This document shows positions 19,140 to 28,979 of a stretch of DNA of 64,000 bases, piece after piece. Both the position numbers and the translations under genes were made by a program. The notes beneath the pieces are model-generated. The model did not search any database. It saw nothing but the letters and a program-made list of their open reading frames with translations, and was not told where the DNA came from. Position 1 is the stretch's first letter, and each line of letters starts with the position of its first letter. Source of the stretch: Clostridiales bacterium. GTDB taxonomy: Bacteria; Bacillota; Clostridia; Oscillospirales; CAG-272. The DNA lies in the NCBI GenBank assembly GCA_012514145.1, contig JAAZAV010000014.1, positions 119,265-183,264 on the forward strand. Direction: 5' to 3'.

Positions 19140-20969
19140 TTACACTCTCGGCAGTTCGGTCATGTGGAGGCGTGATGCGCCGTATGGCTTGAAGCGAATA
19201 ATTTTCTTTTCGCCGGTTGGCTCTAATGACACTGGTGTCTCACGCGCCACCACACCGTCAAAACCCTCCGCATAGCCCCAGTTAATCGGCACAACCTCAA
19301 CCGACAGCTCGGTCGGCGGGTTCAGCGGGTCAAACGGAAGTTTTGCGATACCGTTCTCGGTAAAGGCGAAATCTTCAGCCTCCCCGGCAAAGGCATACTG
19401 CCAATCTGTGGTTGGGTAGATTTCATAGTCGCAGTATGGGTATTTGCGCTCAACATTGTTTCGTACATACTCAAGCCGCTTCTCCTCTTCTCCGATGTCT
19501 ACGGTATAGACCAGCGGTCCGCGCTCGAGGGAGAACATACCGGTGGGACGTGCGATAAAGCGGTTTTCAAATCTCAGCTTTACGGTTATCACGGTACTGC
19601 CGTTCCATTCACGCTCGATTACAGTGTATCCTGTATCGGCTGCTTTGCCGTCAATCTCGGTAGAAGCCGCACATGACGGGATTCTGAGCGCCAGCGGGAA
19701 ATTCACCGGTTTGTCTGCGGTTACCGTATAAGTCAGCGTATCGCCAAACGGATAGCGTGTGGCACAGTCTATCTTCACCTTGGCGCCGCCGATTTCAGTC
19801 TCAATCACAGACGGTGCGATGACGCCGACCGCGACCCCGCTATCCTTACGGTAGTATGCAGACAGAGCGAACTTCGGCCAGCCCTGATTGAAGTTGGCGG
19901 TACAACAGCCGTAATTTGGCTCCAGACCGAATATGTTCGCCTCGACACCGTTTGTACCGAAGGGAGTTTTGTCAAAAACCTTACAGACTATCTGGTTGGT
20001 CATCTGGTCGTATTGGTGGGTCCACATGTCGGCGGAACAGGTGCCCGGAAGAGCGTTGAATGCGAGCTTTTCACAGCGGTCTGCCCATATAGGGTCGCCG
20101 GTCAGCTCGTGCAGAATCTCGTAGGAGTACATGGCTTCCACCACTGAACAAAGCTCGGTGCCGCGAATAGGGCTGAAACCCGCGAGGCATTCGTCACCGT
20201 TGAAGTGTCCGACCGCCGTGCCGTGATATTCCATAAGCAGAGACAACATGCGCTCAGACGCCGTTGTGTCTACCTTGCCGTCTGCGACAGATGCGAGAGC
20301 GCCGGATTTCAGCGCCATACCCTGATTTACGATGTGGTATTCGAAGGTCCAATGGTCTGATATATTTCGGTAACCTTCGGTTTCGCAGACCTCGGTATAA
20401 TTCATCCCCTGGCTGCGCAGAGTCCGTGCCAGTTCAAGCAGCCAGGGTTCGCCGTAGCGGTCATAGGTAAAATAGATGGGTATCAGACATTCAAACCATC
20501 GGGCGTGCGCCCACGACTTAATCGGATAATCCTTTACATGGAAGCTGAGATTGCGCAGCGCCCGGAAGATAACACCGGGAATGCGCTCGTCTGCGGTGCA
20601 GTCGTAATAGACTGTAAGCACCTTGCAGATGAGGTAAAGCGCCCACATGTCATAACCACCGCGCTCCTCATAGCTGCAGGGGCAAATCCAGCCGTCGGGC
20701 TGCTGACCTGCCAGAATAGCCTCGATGTAGGCGCGGGCGCGGTTTTTCATGTCCTCGTCATCAAGCAGCCAGGCAAGCGGTATGAAACCGTCCAACCAGT
20801 AGGGTACGCGTTCCCAGCCCTCGCGGTCACCGCCGACCCAGCGGCTGTCTCTTACATCCGGCCATACCTTGTCAAGGCTGCCCGAAAGCGAAGCCGCCTG
20901 AACCTCAAACTGCCTGCGCAGCCACCCTGCGGGCTTGATCTCCTTAGTTGTAAAGTGTTTGTCGAGCAT
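19140..20969 (-). CDS. GH127/DUF1680-like glycoside hydrolase
   Basis: Blocks ELCSVVEAMYSYEILHELTGDPIWADRCEKLAFNALPG and the Cys-rich NYGCCTANFNQGWPKF, as in the beta-L-arabinofuranosidase family. Confidence 0.75.
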   Translation of the reverse strand: MLDKHFTTKEIKPAGWLRRQFEVQAASLSGSLDKVWPDVRDSRWVGGDREGWERVPYWLDGFIPLAWLLDDEDMKNRARAYIEAILAGQQPDGWICPCSYEERGGYDMWALYLICKVLTVYYDCTADERIPGVIFRALRNLSFHVKDYPIKSWAHARWFECLIPIYFTYDRYGEPWLLELARTLRSQGMNYTEVCETEGYRNISDHWTFEYHIVNQGMALKSGALASVADGKVDTTASERMLSLLMEYHGTAVGHFNGDECLAGFSPIRGTELCSVVEAMYSYEILHELTGDPIWADRCEKLAFNALPGTCSADMWTHQYDQMTNQIVCKVFDKTPFGTNGVEANIFGLEPNYGCCTANFNQGWPKFALSAYYRKDSGVAVGVIAPSVIETEIGGAKVKIDCATRYPFGDTLTYTVTADKPVNFPLALRIPSCAASTEIDGKAADTGYTVIEREWNGSTVITVKLRFENRFIARPTGMFSLERGPLVYTVDIGEEEKRLEYVRNNVERKYPYCDYEIYPTTDWQYAFAGEAEDFAFTENGIAKLPFDPLNPPTELSVEVVPINWGYAEGFDGVVARETPVSLEPTGEKKIIRFKPYGASRLHMTELPRV

Positions 20970-20982
20970 ATTCTTCCCTCCG

Positions 20983-22464
20983 TTACTTCAGCAATTCTGC
21001 TGCTTTATTGAGTATCTCCTTGTATTTATCCGCATTAGCGGCAATGGTTGACAGTATAGCGGTTTCGTTCTTTGTGGCGGCATTGCGCATCAGACTGTCG
21101 ATGTCTATGCCGTAGCTGCTCATTACCAGCGCCAGATCAACCGTGAAGTTGTTTAGTATTATATCGAGCATACGCGCCGAGTCCTCGTCGCGGGTATACT
21201 TGGATTTGAGCATGATGTCATAGAATGCGGGGCTAATTGTTTCGGATGAGTAGAATGCCATATCCTCCAGCAGCATACCCGACATTTCAAGGTCAGCAGT
21301 GTTCAGCGGCACAACAACCGCAGTGGCGTTGTTGTTATGCAGGTACGATGAATACATCTCCTGCTTTTCATTTGCCTTGGGCACCGGGATTATGCCGAAG
21401 TCGTCGTTCATATCGCGGAACTGGGGCACACCGTAAATCAGTTCCACAAAGAAGAGCGCCTGCGAGTCGCGGAACATCTGCACCGTCAGCGCGCCCAGGT
21501 CGGCGATACCCGTTGTATGGTTGACGTTAAAGGTTGATTCTTTGTTATTAAGGAAGGCTACAACCGCGCTGATGGCATTGTAGTTTTTCTCGGAGTCGGC
21601 GTCGAGGTATGGCATGTCGTCCGCATCCTTGCCGATAAGCAGCTGACCGCTGCCGTAGAACAGGGGCTGCCACGCAAAGCTCGAGCACTCGGTGCCGTAG
21701 CAGTCCTTCTCGGTATACACGCCGTCACCGTCAAGGTCGTGCGTCACCTCGGCCGAAAGCCGGGTCATGGCTTCAAGCGTCCAGCTGCCCGCATCCACAA
21801 GATCATATGGCGATTCAAGAGCATAGTCCGAACAGATCTGCTTGTTGAAATAGACAATACCCGCCGAGTTCATGGCGCCTACATTCATATCGCCGACTAT
21901 GAAATAGCTCTTGCCGCCAAATGAGGTACTCTCAAGTATGTTGCCCCGCCACCAGGGCTTTCCCGGGTCGATAAACGGTACATCGGTAATCTTGAAGATC
22001 ATGCCGTCCGTGGCAAGCTGGAAGGAAGCCGACAGCCCGGGAAATGCGGCGTCATACATCGCGTCACCCGCACTGACTGCCTTGCCCAGCTCACTGCGGA
22101 TGTCGCCGTGCTGCGGCTTTGTGACCGACTTGAGATTGATGTTATACTTCTCTGAGAGCGTAAGGTTGCGTAGCCAGACCGCGTCATTCAGGGTTTCGCC
22201 GTTCTGCGTCTCCGCCTCGATTTCAGGATAGGGATGGGCATTGTAGTTGGGGCTCTGCGCCCGGTTGAGAATGGTAAAATCAGCACCCTCAAAGTCACGG
22301 GCTTCAAGACCCGTGTACTTCGCTTCGGTCACGGTATCCGGCGTATCGGTACTTGCGGTGTCGGCGGCATCACCGCCGCCAACATGTGAAGCACAGCCCG
22401 CAAACAGCGGCAATGTGAGCATAAGTGCTGAGAATATTGAGATAATGCGGTTTCTTGTTTTCAT
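20983..22464 (-). CDS. extracellular solute-binding lipoprotein (ABC-type sugar SBP, about 490-aa class)
   Basis: Lipobox LPLFAGC. Blocks DLDGDGVYTEKDCYG and FGIIPVPK typical of large family-1 SBPs. No permease gene is adjacent. Confidence 0.8.
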   Translation of the reverse strand: MKTRNRIISIFSALMLTLPLFAGCASHVGGGDAADTASTDTPDTVTEAKYTGLEARDFEGADFTILNRAQSPNYNAHPYPEIEAETQNGETLNDAVWLRNLTLSEKYNINLKSVTKPQHGDIRSELGKAVSAGDAMYDAAFPGLSASFQLATDGMIFKITDVPFIDPGKPWWRGNILESTSFGGKSYFIVGDMNVGAMNSAGIVYFNKQICSDYALESPYDLVDAGSWTLEAMTRLSAEVTHDLDGDGVYTEKDCYGTECSSFAWQPLFYGSGQLLIGKDADDMPYLDADSEKNYNAISAVVAFLNNKESTFNVNHTTGIADLGALTVQMFRDSQALFFVELIYGVPQFRDMNDDFGIIPVPKANEKQEMYSSYLHNNNATAVVVPLNTADLEMSGMLLEDMAFYSSETISPAFYDIMLKSKYTRDEDSARMLDIILNNFTVDLALVMSSYGIDIDSLMRNAATKNETAILSTIAANADKYKEILNKAAELLK

Positions 22465-22511
22465 GAAGCATAACCTCCCGATATGATAAAATCTGAAAAT
22501 CTATTTCGGTG

Positions 22512-22540
22512 TTGACATAACCGCCGATGTAGTTTAAAAT
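22512..22540 (+). promoter_or_regulatory. near-consensus sigma-A promoter for the GH43 / BNR (and possibly nagBA) unit
   Basis: TTGACA (22512-22517), 17 nt, TAAAAT (22535-22540). Confidence 0.72.
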
Positions 22541-22571
22541 TAGGTGAACAACTTGAAGAGAGGTGATTACT

Positions 22572-24023
22572 ATGGCACTCGATATTTATCGGAAAAAGAC
22601 CTGGTGCAACCCCCTTTCAATGCCCGATGTTCATCGCGGTACCGACAGCTACCGTATGGACTTCACCGGCGAGCCCTATCGCTCCTACCGCTCGATATCC
22701 GACCCCAGTGTGCTTTATCATGACGGGAAATGGTATCTCTACCCCAGTTATGATATGGCGTATGTCAGCGAGGATTTTGTGAACTGGGAGTATGTTCCCT
22801 GCACTCCCCCCGACGCAGTCGACGGTCCCCGCTACAGTCCTGCGGTGGTACCCTGCGGCGATAGGTTCCTGCTAACCATCTCGGGCGAGCGCCTTTTTAT
22901 CGGTAATACTCCGACGGGGCCTTTTGAGCCGCTTGGCGACTGCATAATGCCGAACGGCGCACGCTTCAAACCCTGCGACCCCGGTCTGTTCCGGGATGAC
23001 GACGGCAGGATATATATCTATTGGCACGGGAGCCGTACCCATCCTGTGCGCGGCGTGTGGTCGTCGCTGACGCTTGCCGCCGAGTTGGACGCAAATGATC
23101 CCTGCCGCCTGCTTTGCGAGCCCGTCATGCTAAACGAGTTCGACCCCGAACATACCTGGGAATGCTTCGGCGAATACAACCAAAACACTTCAAAGGGCTG
23201 GATAGAGGGGCAGTGGATGTTCAAGCACAACGGCCGCTACTACCTTATCTATTCCGGCTGCGGAACCGAGTTCGGCGCATACGCCATGGGCGTATACTAC
23301 TCGGACAAGGGACCTCTCGAAGGTTTTGTATACCAGAAGAAGAATCCGCTTACCTTCAATCGCACCGGTCTGATAAAGGGTGCCGGACACGGCAGCGTGG
23401 CACACGGTCCGAATAACAGTATCTGGGTGTTCTACACTACCACCATGTGCTATACCCACTGCTACGAGCGGCGCATCGGCATGGACAGGCTTGAGGTTGA
23501 CGAGAACGGCGAGTTATATTGCCCTGCAATTACCGATACGCCACAGTACGGCGCCACTGAGCCTGAGATTGGCGACACCGGACTAAAACCGCTGACTGTC
23601 TATATTCGCGCCCGACATCGCGCCAGCAGTCACAGCGAGGGCAGAGATTCGCTCTACGCGCTGGATGAGAGCATGCAGACCTGGTGGCAGCCGGCTGCCG
23701 ATGACAAACAGCCCTGGCTGCTTGTCAATCTTGAAGGAGACTTCGTTATTGAGGCTTCGCGCATTATCTGGTATGATGTGGGACTCGATTACGACAACGG
23801 CGTACTGCCCGGTCCATTCAAGTATAAGATAGAAGCCTGCACCTCCCTCGAAAAGGAGGACTGGACTGTGATCCTCAACATGACCGAAAACAACGAGGAT
23901 CGCTGCATCGACTACCGCAGTTTTAAGCCCTTCAAAGGTAGTGCGGTGCGGCTTACAATCACCGGAAGTCCCGAAGGCATCACACCGGGCGTTATCAGCT
24001 TTTCGGTATTCGGTAAAATGTAA
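22572..24023 (+). CDS. GH43-like glycoside hydrolase with a C-terminal F5/8 type C (CBM32-like) domain
   Basis: GH43 blocks DPSVLYHDGKWYLYPS and CDPGLFRDDDGRIYIYWHG. C-terminal discoidin-like part (QTWWQPAADDKQPWLLVNLEG ... RLTITG). ATG at 22572 preferred over GTG at 22563 (GAGAGGTG upstream). Confidence 0.8.
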   Translation: MALDIYRKKTWCNPLSMPDVHRGTDSYRMDFTGEPYRSYRSISDPSVLYHDGKWYLYPSYDMAYVSEDFVNWEYVPCTPPDAVDGPRYSPAVVPCGDRFLLTISGERLFIGNTPTGPFEPLGDCIMPNGARFKPCDPGLFRDDDGRIYIYWHGSRTHPVRGVWSSLTLAAELDANDPCRLLCEPVMLNEFDPEHTWECFGEYNQNTSKGWIEGQWMFKHNGRYYLIYSGCGTEFGAYAMGVYYSDKGPLEGFVYQKKNPLTFNRTGLIKGAGHGSVAHGPNNSIWVFYTTTMCYTHCYERRIGMDRLEVDENGELYCPAITDTPQYGATEPEIGDTGLKPLTVYIRARHRASSHSEGRDSLYALDESMQTWWQPAADDKQPWLLVNLEGDFVIEASRIIWYDVGLDYDNGVLPGPFKYKIEACTSLEKEDWTVILNMTENNEDRCIDYRSFKPFKGSAVRLTITGSPEGITPGVISFSVFGKM

Positions 24024-24041
24024 GGAGGCGTGTTACAGGTT

Positions 24042-25109
24042 ATGCAATACTATACCGTATCAAATGACCGCAGCATATACGAGGCGTGGCCTGATGTGGC
24101 GCTTTGCGACAGCGGACGGCTGGTCTGCTGCTTTTCGGAATGCACTACCCATGGCAACCGCGATCTCGCTCGCATAACTCTTGTTACCTCGGACGACCGG
24201 GGGCGCACCTGGAGCGGCAAGAGATATCTCAGCGACCGCGGCAAAAAGGACGCATATTACAACTGCGCCAGAATATCAAAGCTGCGCGACGGCACATTGA
24301 CGCTTGTCTGTGACTTTATTATAGGCTCGGAGAACGGGCGCAATGTGGCGGTCTATCTCTGGACAAGCTCAGACGAGGGCGAGAGCTGGGAGGGACCTAT
24401 TCTCACTCCGGCGGTCGGCATCGTTCCCGAACATATTACCGAACTCGAAAGCGGACGCCTTCTTCTCGCCGCACACACCCCGGATCTCACAACGGGAAAG
24501 CTGACACAGTACCTCTGGTATACCGACGACCGGGGAGCAACCTGGTCGGAGCGGGTTACCGTTGGCAGCGACCCGCGTTATAATCTCTGTGAAGCGTCGC
24601 TCCTGCCGCTGGGCGGGAACGAGCTGGTCTGTTTCATGCGTGAAAACTCAGGCATGGGCTATGACTGCTTAAAGTCCTTTTCACATGACGGCGGAGCAAC
24701 CTGGGACGGGGTATATAACACTCCAATGCCGGGCGCTCACCGCCCAACCTCCGGATTTATACACTCGACAAATCCTCTGCTTGACGGCTGTATTCTTGTC
24801 ACCTACCGTTATATGCAGGGCGGCGGAGTATGCAGGCTCAAGGACGGAAGCACCCGCAGTTTCGGCAGCACGCAGAGCGTTCACGGCGCCATTATGCGCC
24901 CCGAATCGGTTAAAGCCATCGAACGTTTCCGTCAGAACGCACGCATTTTCCAGCTTGCCTACGACCGGGCGCCGACCCCCGACCTCGGCTATACCGGCTG
25001 GGTGCAGTTTGACGACGGCGAGATATATCTTGTCAACTACATCCGAGACCTTGAGTATAAAGCCTGGATTCAGGGGATATCCTTCACACCCGAGGAACTT
25101 ATGGCGTAA
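24042..25109 (+). CDS. BNR/Asp-box repeat protein, sialidase-like, no signal peptide
   Basis: Asp-boxes SDDRGRTWSG, SSDEGESWEG, TDDRGATWSE and SHDGGATWDG. Start ambiguous: GTG at 24030 is 1 nt after AGGAGG, and ATG at 24042 is 13 nt after it. Confidence 0.78.
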   Translation: MQYYTVSNDRSIYEAWPDVALCDSGRLVCCFSECTTHGNRDLARITLVTSDDRGRTWSGKRYLSDRGKKDAYYNCARISKLRDGTLTLVCDFIIGSENGRNVAVYLWTSSDEGESWEGPILTPAVGIVPEHITELESGRLLLAAHTPDLTTGKLTQYLWYTDDRGATWSERVTVGSDPRYNLCEASLLPLGGNELVCFMRENSGMGYDCLKSFSHDGGATWDGVYNTPMPGAHRPTSGFIHSTNPLLDGCILVTYRYMQGGGVCRLKDGSTRSFGSTQSVHGAIMRPESVKAIERFRQNARIFQLAYDRAPTPDLGYTGWVQFDDGEIYLVNYIRDLEYKAWIQGISFTPEELMA

Positions 25110-25357
25110 TTAAGCCGTAGCATCGGTGACATAATTGAGCCCAAGCCGTGGTGCCCGTCGTATAGTCCGGTTCGTCGGCAAACTCCAGCGAAAAGGAATG
25201 ACGCGCATATAATAATCAAAAGCCTTTACATCGGATTCTCCCATTACTGATGTTTGCAGAATTATATCATAAACAGCTAACCGTTTCAACAGTTATATTG
25301 TTAAGGTTAAAACTACATTGTAAGCCAATTCATCAACAATTTTATGGAGGTATTTAT

Positions 25358-26212
25358 ATGGACATTATGAGAATTCCACCTGAGGAGTTGGGTATCGGTT
25401 CCTCTATCAGACTTGAGCGCTGCAACACCGAGCATGACATCTACTGGAAGATGGCAATTGAGATGGTCGAACTCATCGCAAAAAACAACGCAGTCGGCAA
25501 GACCACCTTTATGGTTATCCCTTATGGCCCTCTCGGTTCCTTCAATATTCTTGTTTATCTTATCAACAAGTATCGCGTCAGTCTGAAAAACTGCGTATTC
25601 ATCAATATGGATGAGTATCTTAAGGATGACGGCAGCTATATTGATACAAGCGACGCACTGTCATTCCGCGGCGGAATGGATCGCATCTTCTACGGTTTAA
25701 TCGATGAAGAGTTAAATGTACTGCCCGAAAACCGTTACTTCCCGGATCCCGCGAATCCCGGTCAGGTGCTCGAACTCATGGGAAAATACGGCAAGTTCGA
25801 TATGACCTGGGGCGGTATCGGCATCAACGGTCACTTCGCCTTCAACGAGCCGCCGGAACCCGATGAGGAGTGCACCAACGAGGAGTTTCTGGAGCGTCCT
25901 ACCAGAATCCTCCCGATTTCCCGCGAGACCCGCACAATCAATGCCTACATGAACTGCGGCGCAAACCTTGAAGCCATTCCCAAACTATGCATCACCGTTG
26001 GCATGAAGGAAATCTGGCAGTCTGAACGAATCCGTATTCTAATGCCTCGAGACTGGCTGGCGGCTATGCTGCGCCGTGTTCTTCACGGTGAGATTACCTG
26101 CCGAGTTCCCTGTTCACTATTCCGCAATCATCCCGACTGCATGGTTTACGCCTGCAACGATGCGATTTACGGCGACGTTATTCCGAAAATCAGAGTTTAC
26201 AACAAAAAATGA
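25358..26212 (+). CDS. nagB: glucosamine-6-phosphate deaminase/isomerase family protein
   Basis: NagB-type motif WGGIGINGHFAFNEP. Start set to the ATG at 25358 (GGAGG 8 nt upstream); the 36-codon upstream extension in the track is not protein-like. Confidence 0.8.
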   Translation: MDIMRIPPEELGIGSSIRLERCNTEHDIYWKMAIEMVELIAKNNAVGKTTFMVIPYGPLGSFNILVYLINKYRVSLKNCVFINMDEYLKDDGSYIDTSDALSFRGGMDRIFYGLIDEELNVLPENRYFPDPANPGQVLELMGKYGKFDMTWGGIGINGHFAFNEPPEPDEECTNEEFLERPTRILPISRETRTINAYMNCGANLEAIPKLCITVGMKEIWQSERIRILMPRDWLAAMLRRVLHGEITCRVPCSLFRNHPDCMVYACNDAIYGDVIPKIRVYNKK

Positions 26213-27396
26213 AAGCGATTACCGGCGGCAGAATAGTTCTGCTCGATAAAAACACCGAAGGCAGCATTGCCGACGGCTGCACGCTGCTCTATGACAAGGG
26301 AAAAATTATAGGCATAGTGCGGGATGAGGTCATTCCGGACTGCGCCGAACGTATTGACGCGAAGGGGGGGTATGTCCTTCCCGGCTTTGTTGATATTCAT
26401 GTTCACGGCGGCGGCGGCAGCGACTTTCTCGACGGTACTGTTGAAGATATCCGCACCGTCACCCGTACACACGCACTGCACGGCACAACCTCCATTCTGC
26501 CCACCACTCTCACCTGTCCGAACGAGGTATTATTCAGAAGTCTTGATCTTATCATCGGTGAGATGGAGCGCGGCAGCGGAGACGGTGCTGAAATTCTCGG
26601 CGTTCATCTGGAGGGCCCTTACTTCTCCGGTGCGTCAAAGGGCGCCCAGGCTGTTGCAGAGCAGCGGATTCCCACTCTTGAGGAACTTGAGGAGATCAAC
26701 GCCCACGCCAAAGGACACATTGTCCGCTGGGATGCCGCTCCCGAACTACCGAATATGGATCTCTTCGCCGCCTGGCTGCGCGAACACGGGATTCTCGGTT
26801 CAATCGGCCATTCGGCAGCCGACGCCGAGTGTTCGCTCGAGGCCTTCGAGAAGGGCTTCACCCACCTGACACACATGTACTGCGCCACCACAACCGAACA
26901 CAAGAAGGATCAGAAAGTGCATGCCGGTCAGATCGAGGCGGTCTATCTTGAGGATGGCTTCACCACAGAGCTCATCGGCGACGGCTGTCACATTCCGCGC
27001 GAAACGATGCAGCTTGTCTTCAAACTCAAGGGGGCAAAGAAAACCGCGCTGATTACCGATGCCATGCGTGCCGCCGGTACCGACTGCGAGCGTTCGATAC
27101 TTGGCGACCGTGTCAGCGGCACTCCGGTTATAATCGAGGACGGTGTTGCAAAACTTGTAGACCGAACCTTCTTCGCGGGCAGTATAGCGACTCTCGACGC
27201 AGCACTCAGAACAGCTATAGGTTTCGGTATACCGCTTATCGATGCTGTGTGCTCGGTAACACTGACACCTGCGGAGATTATTGGATTCGATAACAGAAAA
27301 GGCTCGCTTGAATCAGGCAAGGACGCTGACATTGTAATCACCGACCCTTCGCTTAGTGTATGCGATGTGATTATCGGAGGACGGTCAATCATGTAA
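26209..27396 (+). CDS. nagA: N-acetylglucosamine-6-phosphate deacetylase
   Basis: GFVDIHVHGGGGSDF metal-binding motif, 395 aa. ATGA start/stop overlap with nagB. Confidence 0.9.
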   Translation: MKAITGGRIVLLDKNTEGSIADGCTLLYDKGKIIGIVRDEVIPDCAERIDAKGGYVLPGFVDIHVHGGGGSDFLDGTVEDIRTVTRTHALHGTTSILPTTLTCPNEVLFRSLDLIIGEMERGSGDGAEILGVHLEGPYFSGASKGAQAVAEQRIPTLEELEEINAHAKGHIVRWDAAPELPNMDLFAAWLREHGILGSIGHSAADAECSLEAFEKGFTHLTHMYCATTTEHKKDQKVHAGQIEAVYLEDGFTTELIGDGCHIPRETMQLVFKLKGAKKTALITDAMRAAGTDCERSILGDRVSGTPVIIEDGVAKLVDRTFFAGSIATLDAALRTAIGFGIPLIDAVCSVTLTPAEIIGFDNRKGSLESGKDADIVITDPSLSVCDVIIGGRSIM

Positions 27397-27405
27397 TGCA
27401 ATATA

Positions 27406-27445
27406 ACAGGGAAACCGTTTTGAATCCGGTTTCCCTGTTTGTTTT
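27406..27445 (+). terminator. rho-independent terminator after nagA
   Basis: 12-bp perfect stem ACAGGGAAACCG / CGGTTTCCCTGT followed by TTGTTTT. Confidence 0.8.
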
Positions 27446-27464
27446 AGAATTATGGATTTTCTTA

Positions 27465-27493
27465 TTGAAATATACGCCGCTCGGTGATAGAAT
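27465..27493 (+). promoter_or_regulatory. sigma-A type promoter (extended -10) for the 27533-33247 unit
   Basis: TTGAAA, 17 nt, TGaTAGAAT. Confidence 0.65.
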
Positions 27494-27532
27494 GTATCAA
27501 AATCATTCACGCAAACACATCGGAGGAACATT

Positions 27533-28963
27533 TTGGATTACATCACCTACGAGGCATACGGCGCTGTCGGCGACGGTGTCGCGAACGATATGCCTGCAAT
27601 CATAGCCGCCCACAAGGCTGCCAACGACACCGGACGTCCGGTGAAAGCCAGGAAGGGCGCGCACTATTTCATCGCCAACAAAGCAGCCAGTGCTGTTATC
27701 CATACAGATACCGACTGGACAGGCGCCCGTTTTACCATTGACGATCGCGATCTGGATAACGTCCGTGTCCCGATTTTCTCGGTAAGTGAAGATGAAAGCG
27801 AACCGATGAATCTGGCGCTTGAAAGCCTGGTTCACGGACAAACGCAGATAGATAATCCGACAGGTCGCGAGCTTTATGTCGCTGTATTCAACGACGACCA
27901 TCTCGACTACATTCGCAAAGGTGCGAATGAGAACAAGGGCACAGCCCGCCGCGATTGCTTTATAGTACGCCCGGACGGCAGTCTGACTTCACCGGTTTCC
28001 TTTGATTTTGAAAAGATCACGCGCGTCTTTGCCAAACCGGTAGCCGAAAAGCCGCTGGTTCTTCGCGGCGGAGAGTTTACTACAATCGCTAACTGCTGCG
28101 AATCGCGCTATAATTACCATTCACGAAATATAAGTATCACCCGATCCCGGGTGGAGGTTGACGGGTTAAAGCATTATATCACCGGAGAGCTTGATCACGG
28201 CGCACCCTACAGCGGTTTTCTAAGTATATCCGATTGCGCATATACCGATGTGCACGACTGCCTGTTTACCGGTCACAAGATTTATGACACCATCGGCGCT
28301 GCCGGCGTGCGTGTAAGTATGGGCTCCTACGATATCAGCATAGGTTCGGCAATATCTGCGGCTTTCCGGCGATGTTCCCAAACCACCGACATACTTGACC
28401 GGGGATACTGGGGGCTGATCGGATCGAACTTCTGCCGCGATCTGCTGTTCGAGGACTGTGTGTTCAGCCGATTTGACGCACATATGGGTGTGACAAACTG
28501 TACTCTGCGCCGCTGTAAGCTGGGCTGGCAATGTCTGAACGCAATCGGTTTCGGCGAGTTTCTTATTGAGGAAACCGAGGCGCTCGGTCACTCTTTTGTA
28601 AATCTCAGAGGTGACTACGGCTGTACCTGGTGCGGCTCGTTTACCATACGCAACAGTATCTGGCGACCAATGGGCGACAGCCGGTATATATTCCGCGCCT
28701 ATAACGACGGCAGCCATGACTTCGGTTACGACTGCTATCTGCCGCAGAATATCGTGATCGACGGACTTCGGGTGGAGTCTGACAAGCCGCAGTCACAGGC
28801 GTATGTTTTCAACGATTTTGTCGGAAAGGCGGGAATCGAAGGCGAGTATGCAATGAAGCGTCCGATATCGGTCAGCGCCCGCGGCATAACGGGTATCGGA
28901 GGACTGAAGCTCTGCGAGAACGACAAGCTCATGTCTGAAACGAAATTCACATATACAGATTGA
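27533..28963 (+). CDS. right-handed beta-helix protein (pectate-lyase-3 / GH28-related N-terminus)
   Basis: N-terminus YGAVGDGVANDMPAIIAAHKAA, typical of the Pectate_lyase_3 superfamily. TTG start 6 nt after GGAGG. No signal peptide. Confidence 0.65.
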   Translation: MDYITYEAYGAVGDGVANDMPAIIAAHKAANDTGRPVKARKGAHYFIANKAASAVIHTDTDWTGARFTIDDRDLDNVRVPIFSVSEDESEPMNLALESLVHGQTQIDNPTGRELYVAVFNDDHLDYIRKGANENKGTARRDCFIVRPDGSLTSPVSFDFEKITRVFAKPVAEKPLVLRGGEFTTIANCCESRYNYHSRNISITRSRVEVDGLKHYITGELDHGAPYSGFLSISDCAYTDVHDCLFTGHKIYDTIGAAGVRVSMGSYDISIGSAISAAFRRCSQTTDILDRGYWGLIGSNFCRDLLFEDCVFSRFDAHMGVTNCTLRRCKLGWQCLNAIGFGEFLIEETEALGHSFVNLRGDYGCTWCGSFTIRNSIWRPMGDSRYIFRAYNDGSHDFGYDCYLPQNIVIDGLRVESDKPQSQAYVFNDFVGKAGIEGEYAMKRPISVSARGITGIGGLKLCENDKLMSETKFTYTD

Positions 28964-28979
28964 GGAGAACAATAGTACA

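Noticed and set aside
25110-25357. Possible riboswitch or ribozyme (glmS-like) upstream of nagB.
   Set aside because: I recognised no conserved glmS or other riboswitch core sequence and no convincing stable structure or terminator. It is probably just a spacer with a weak promoter.
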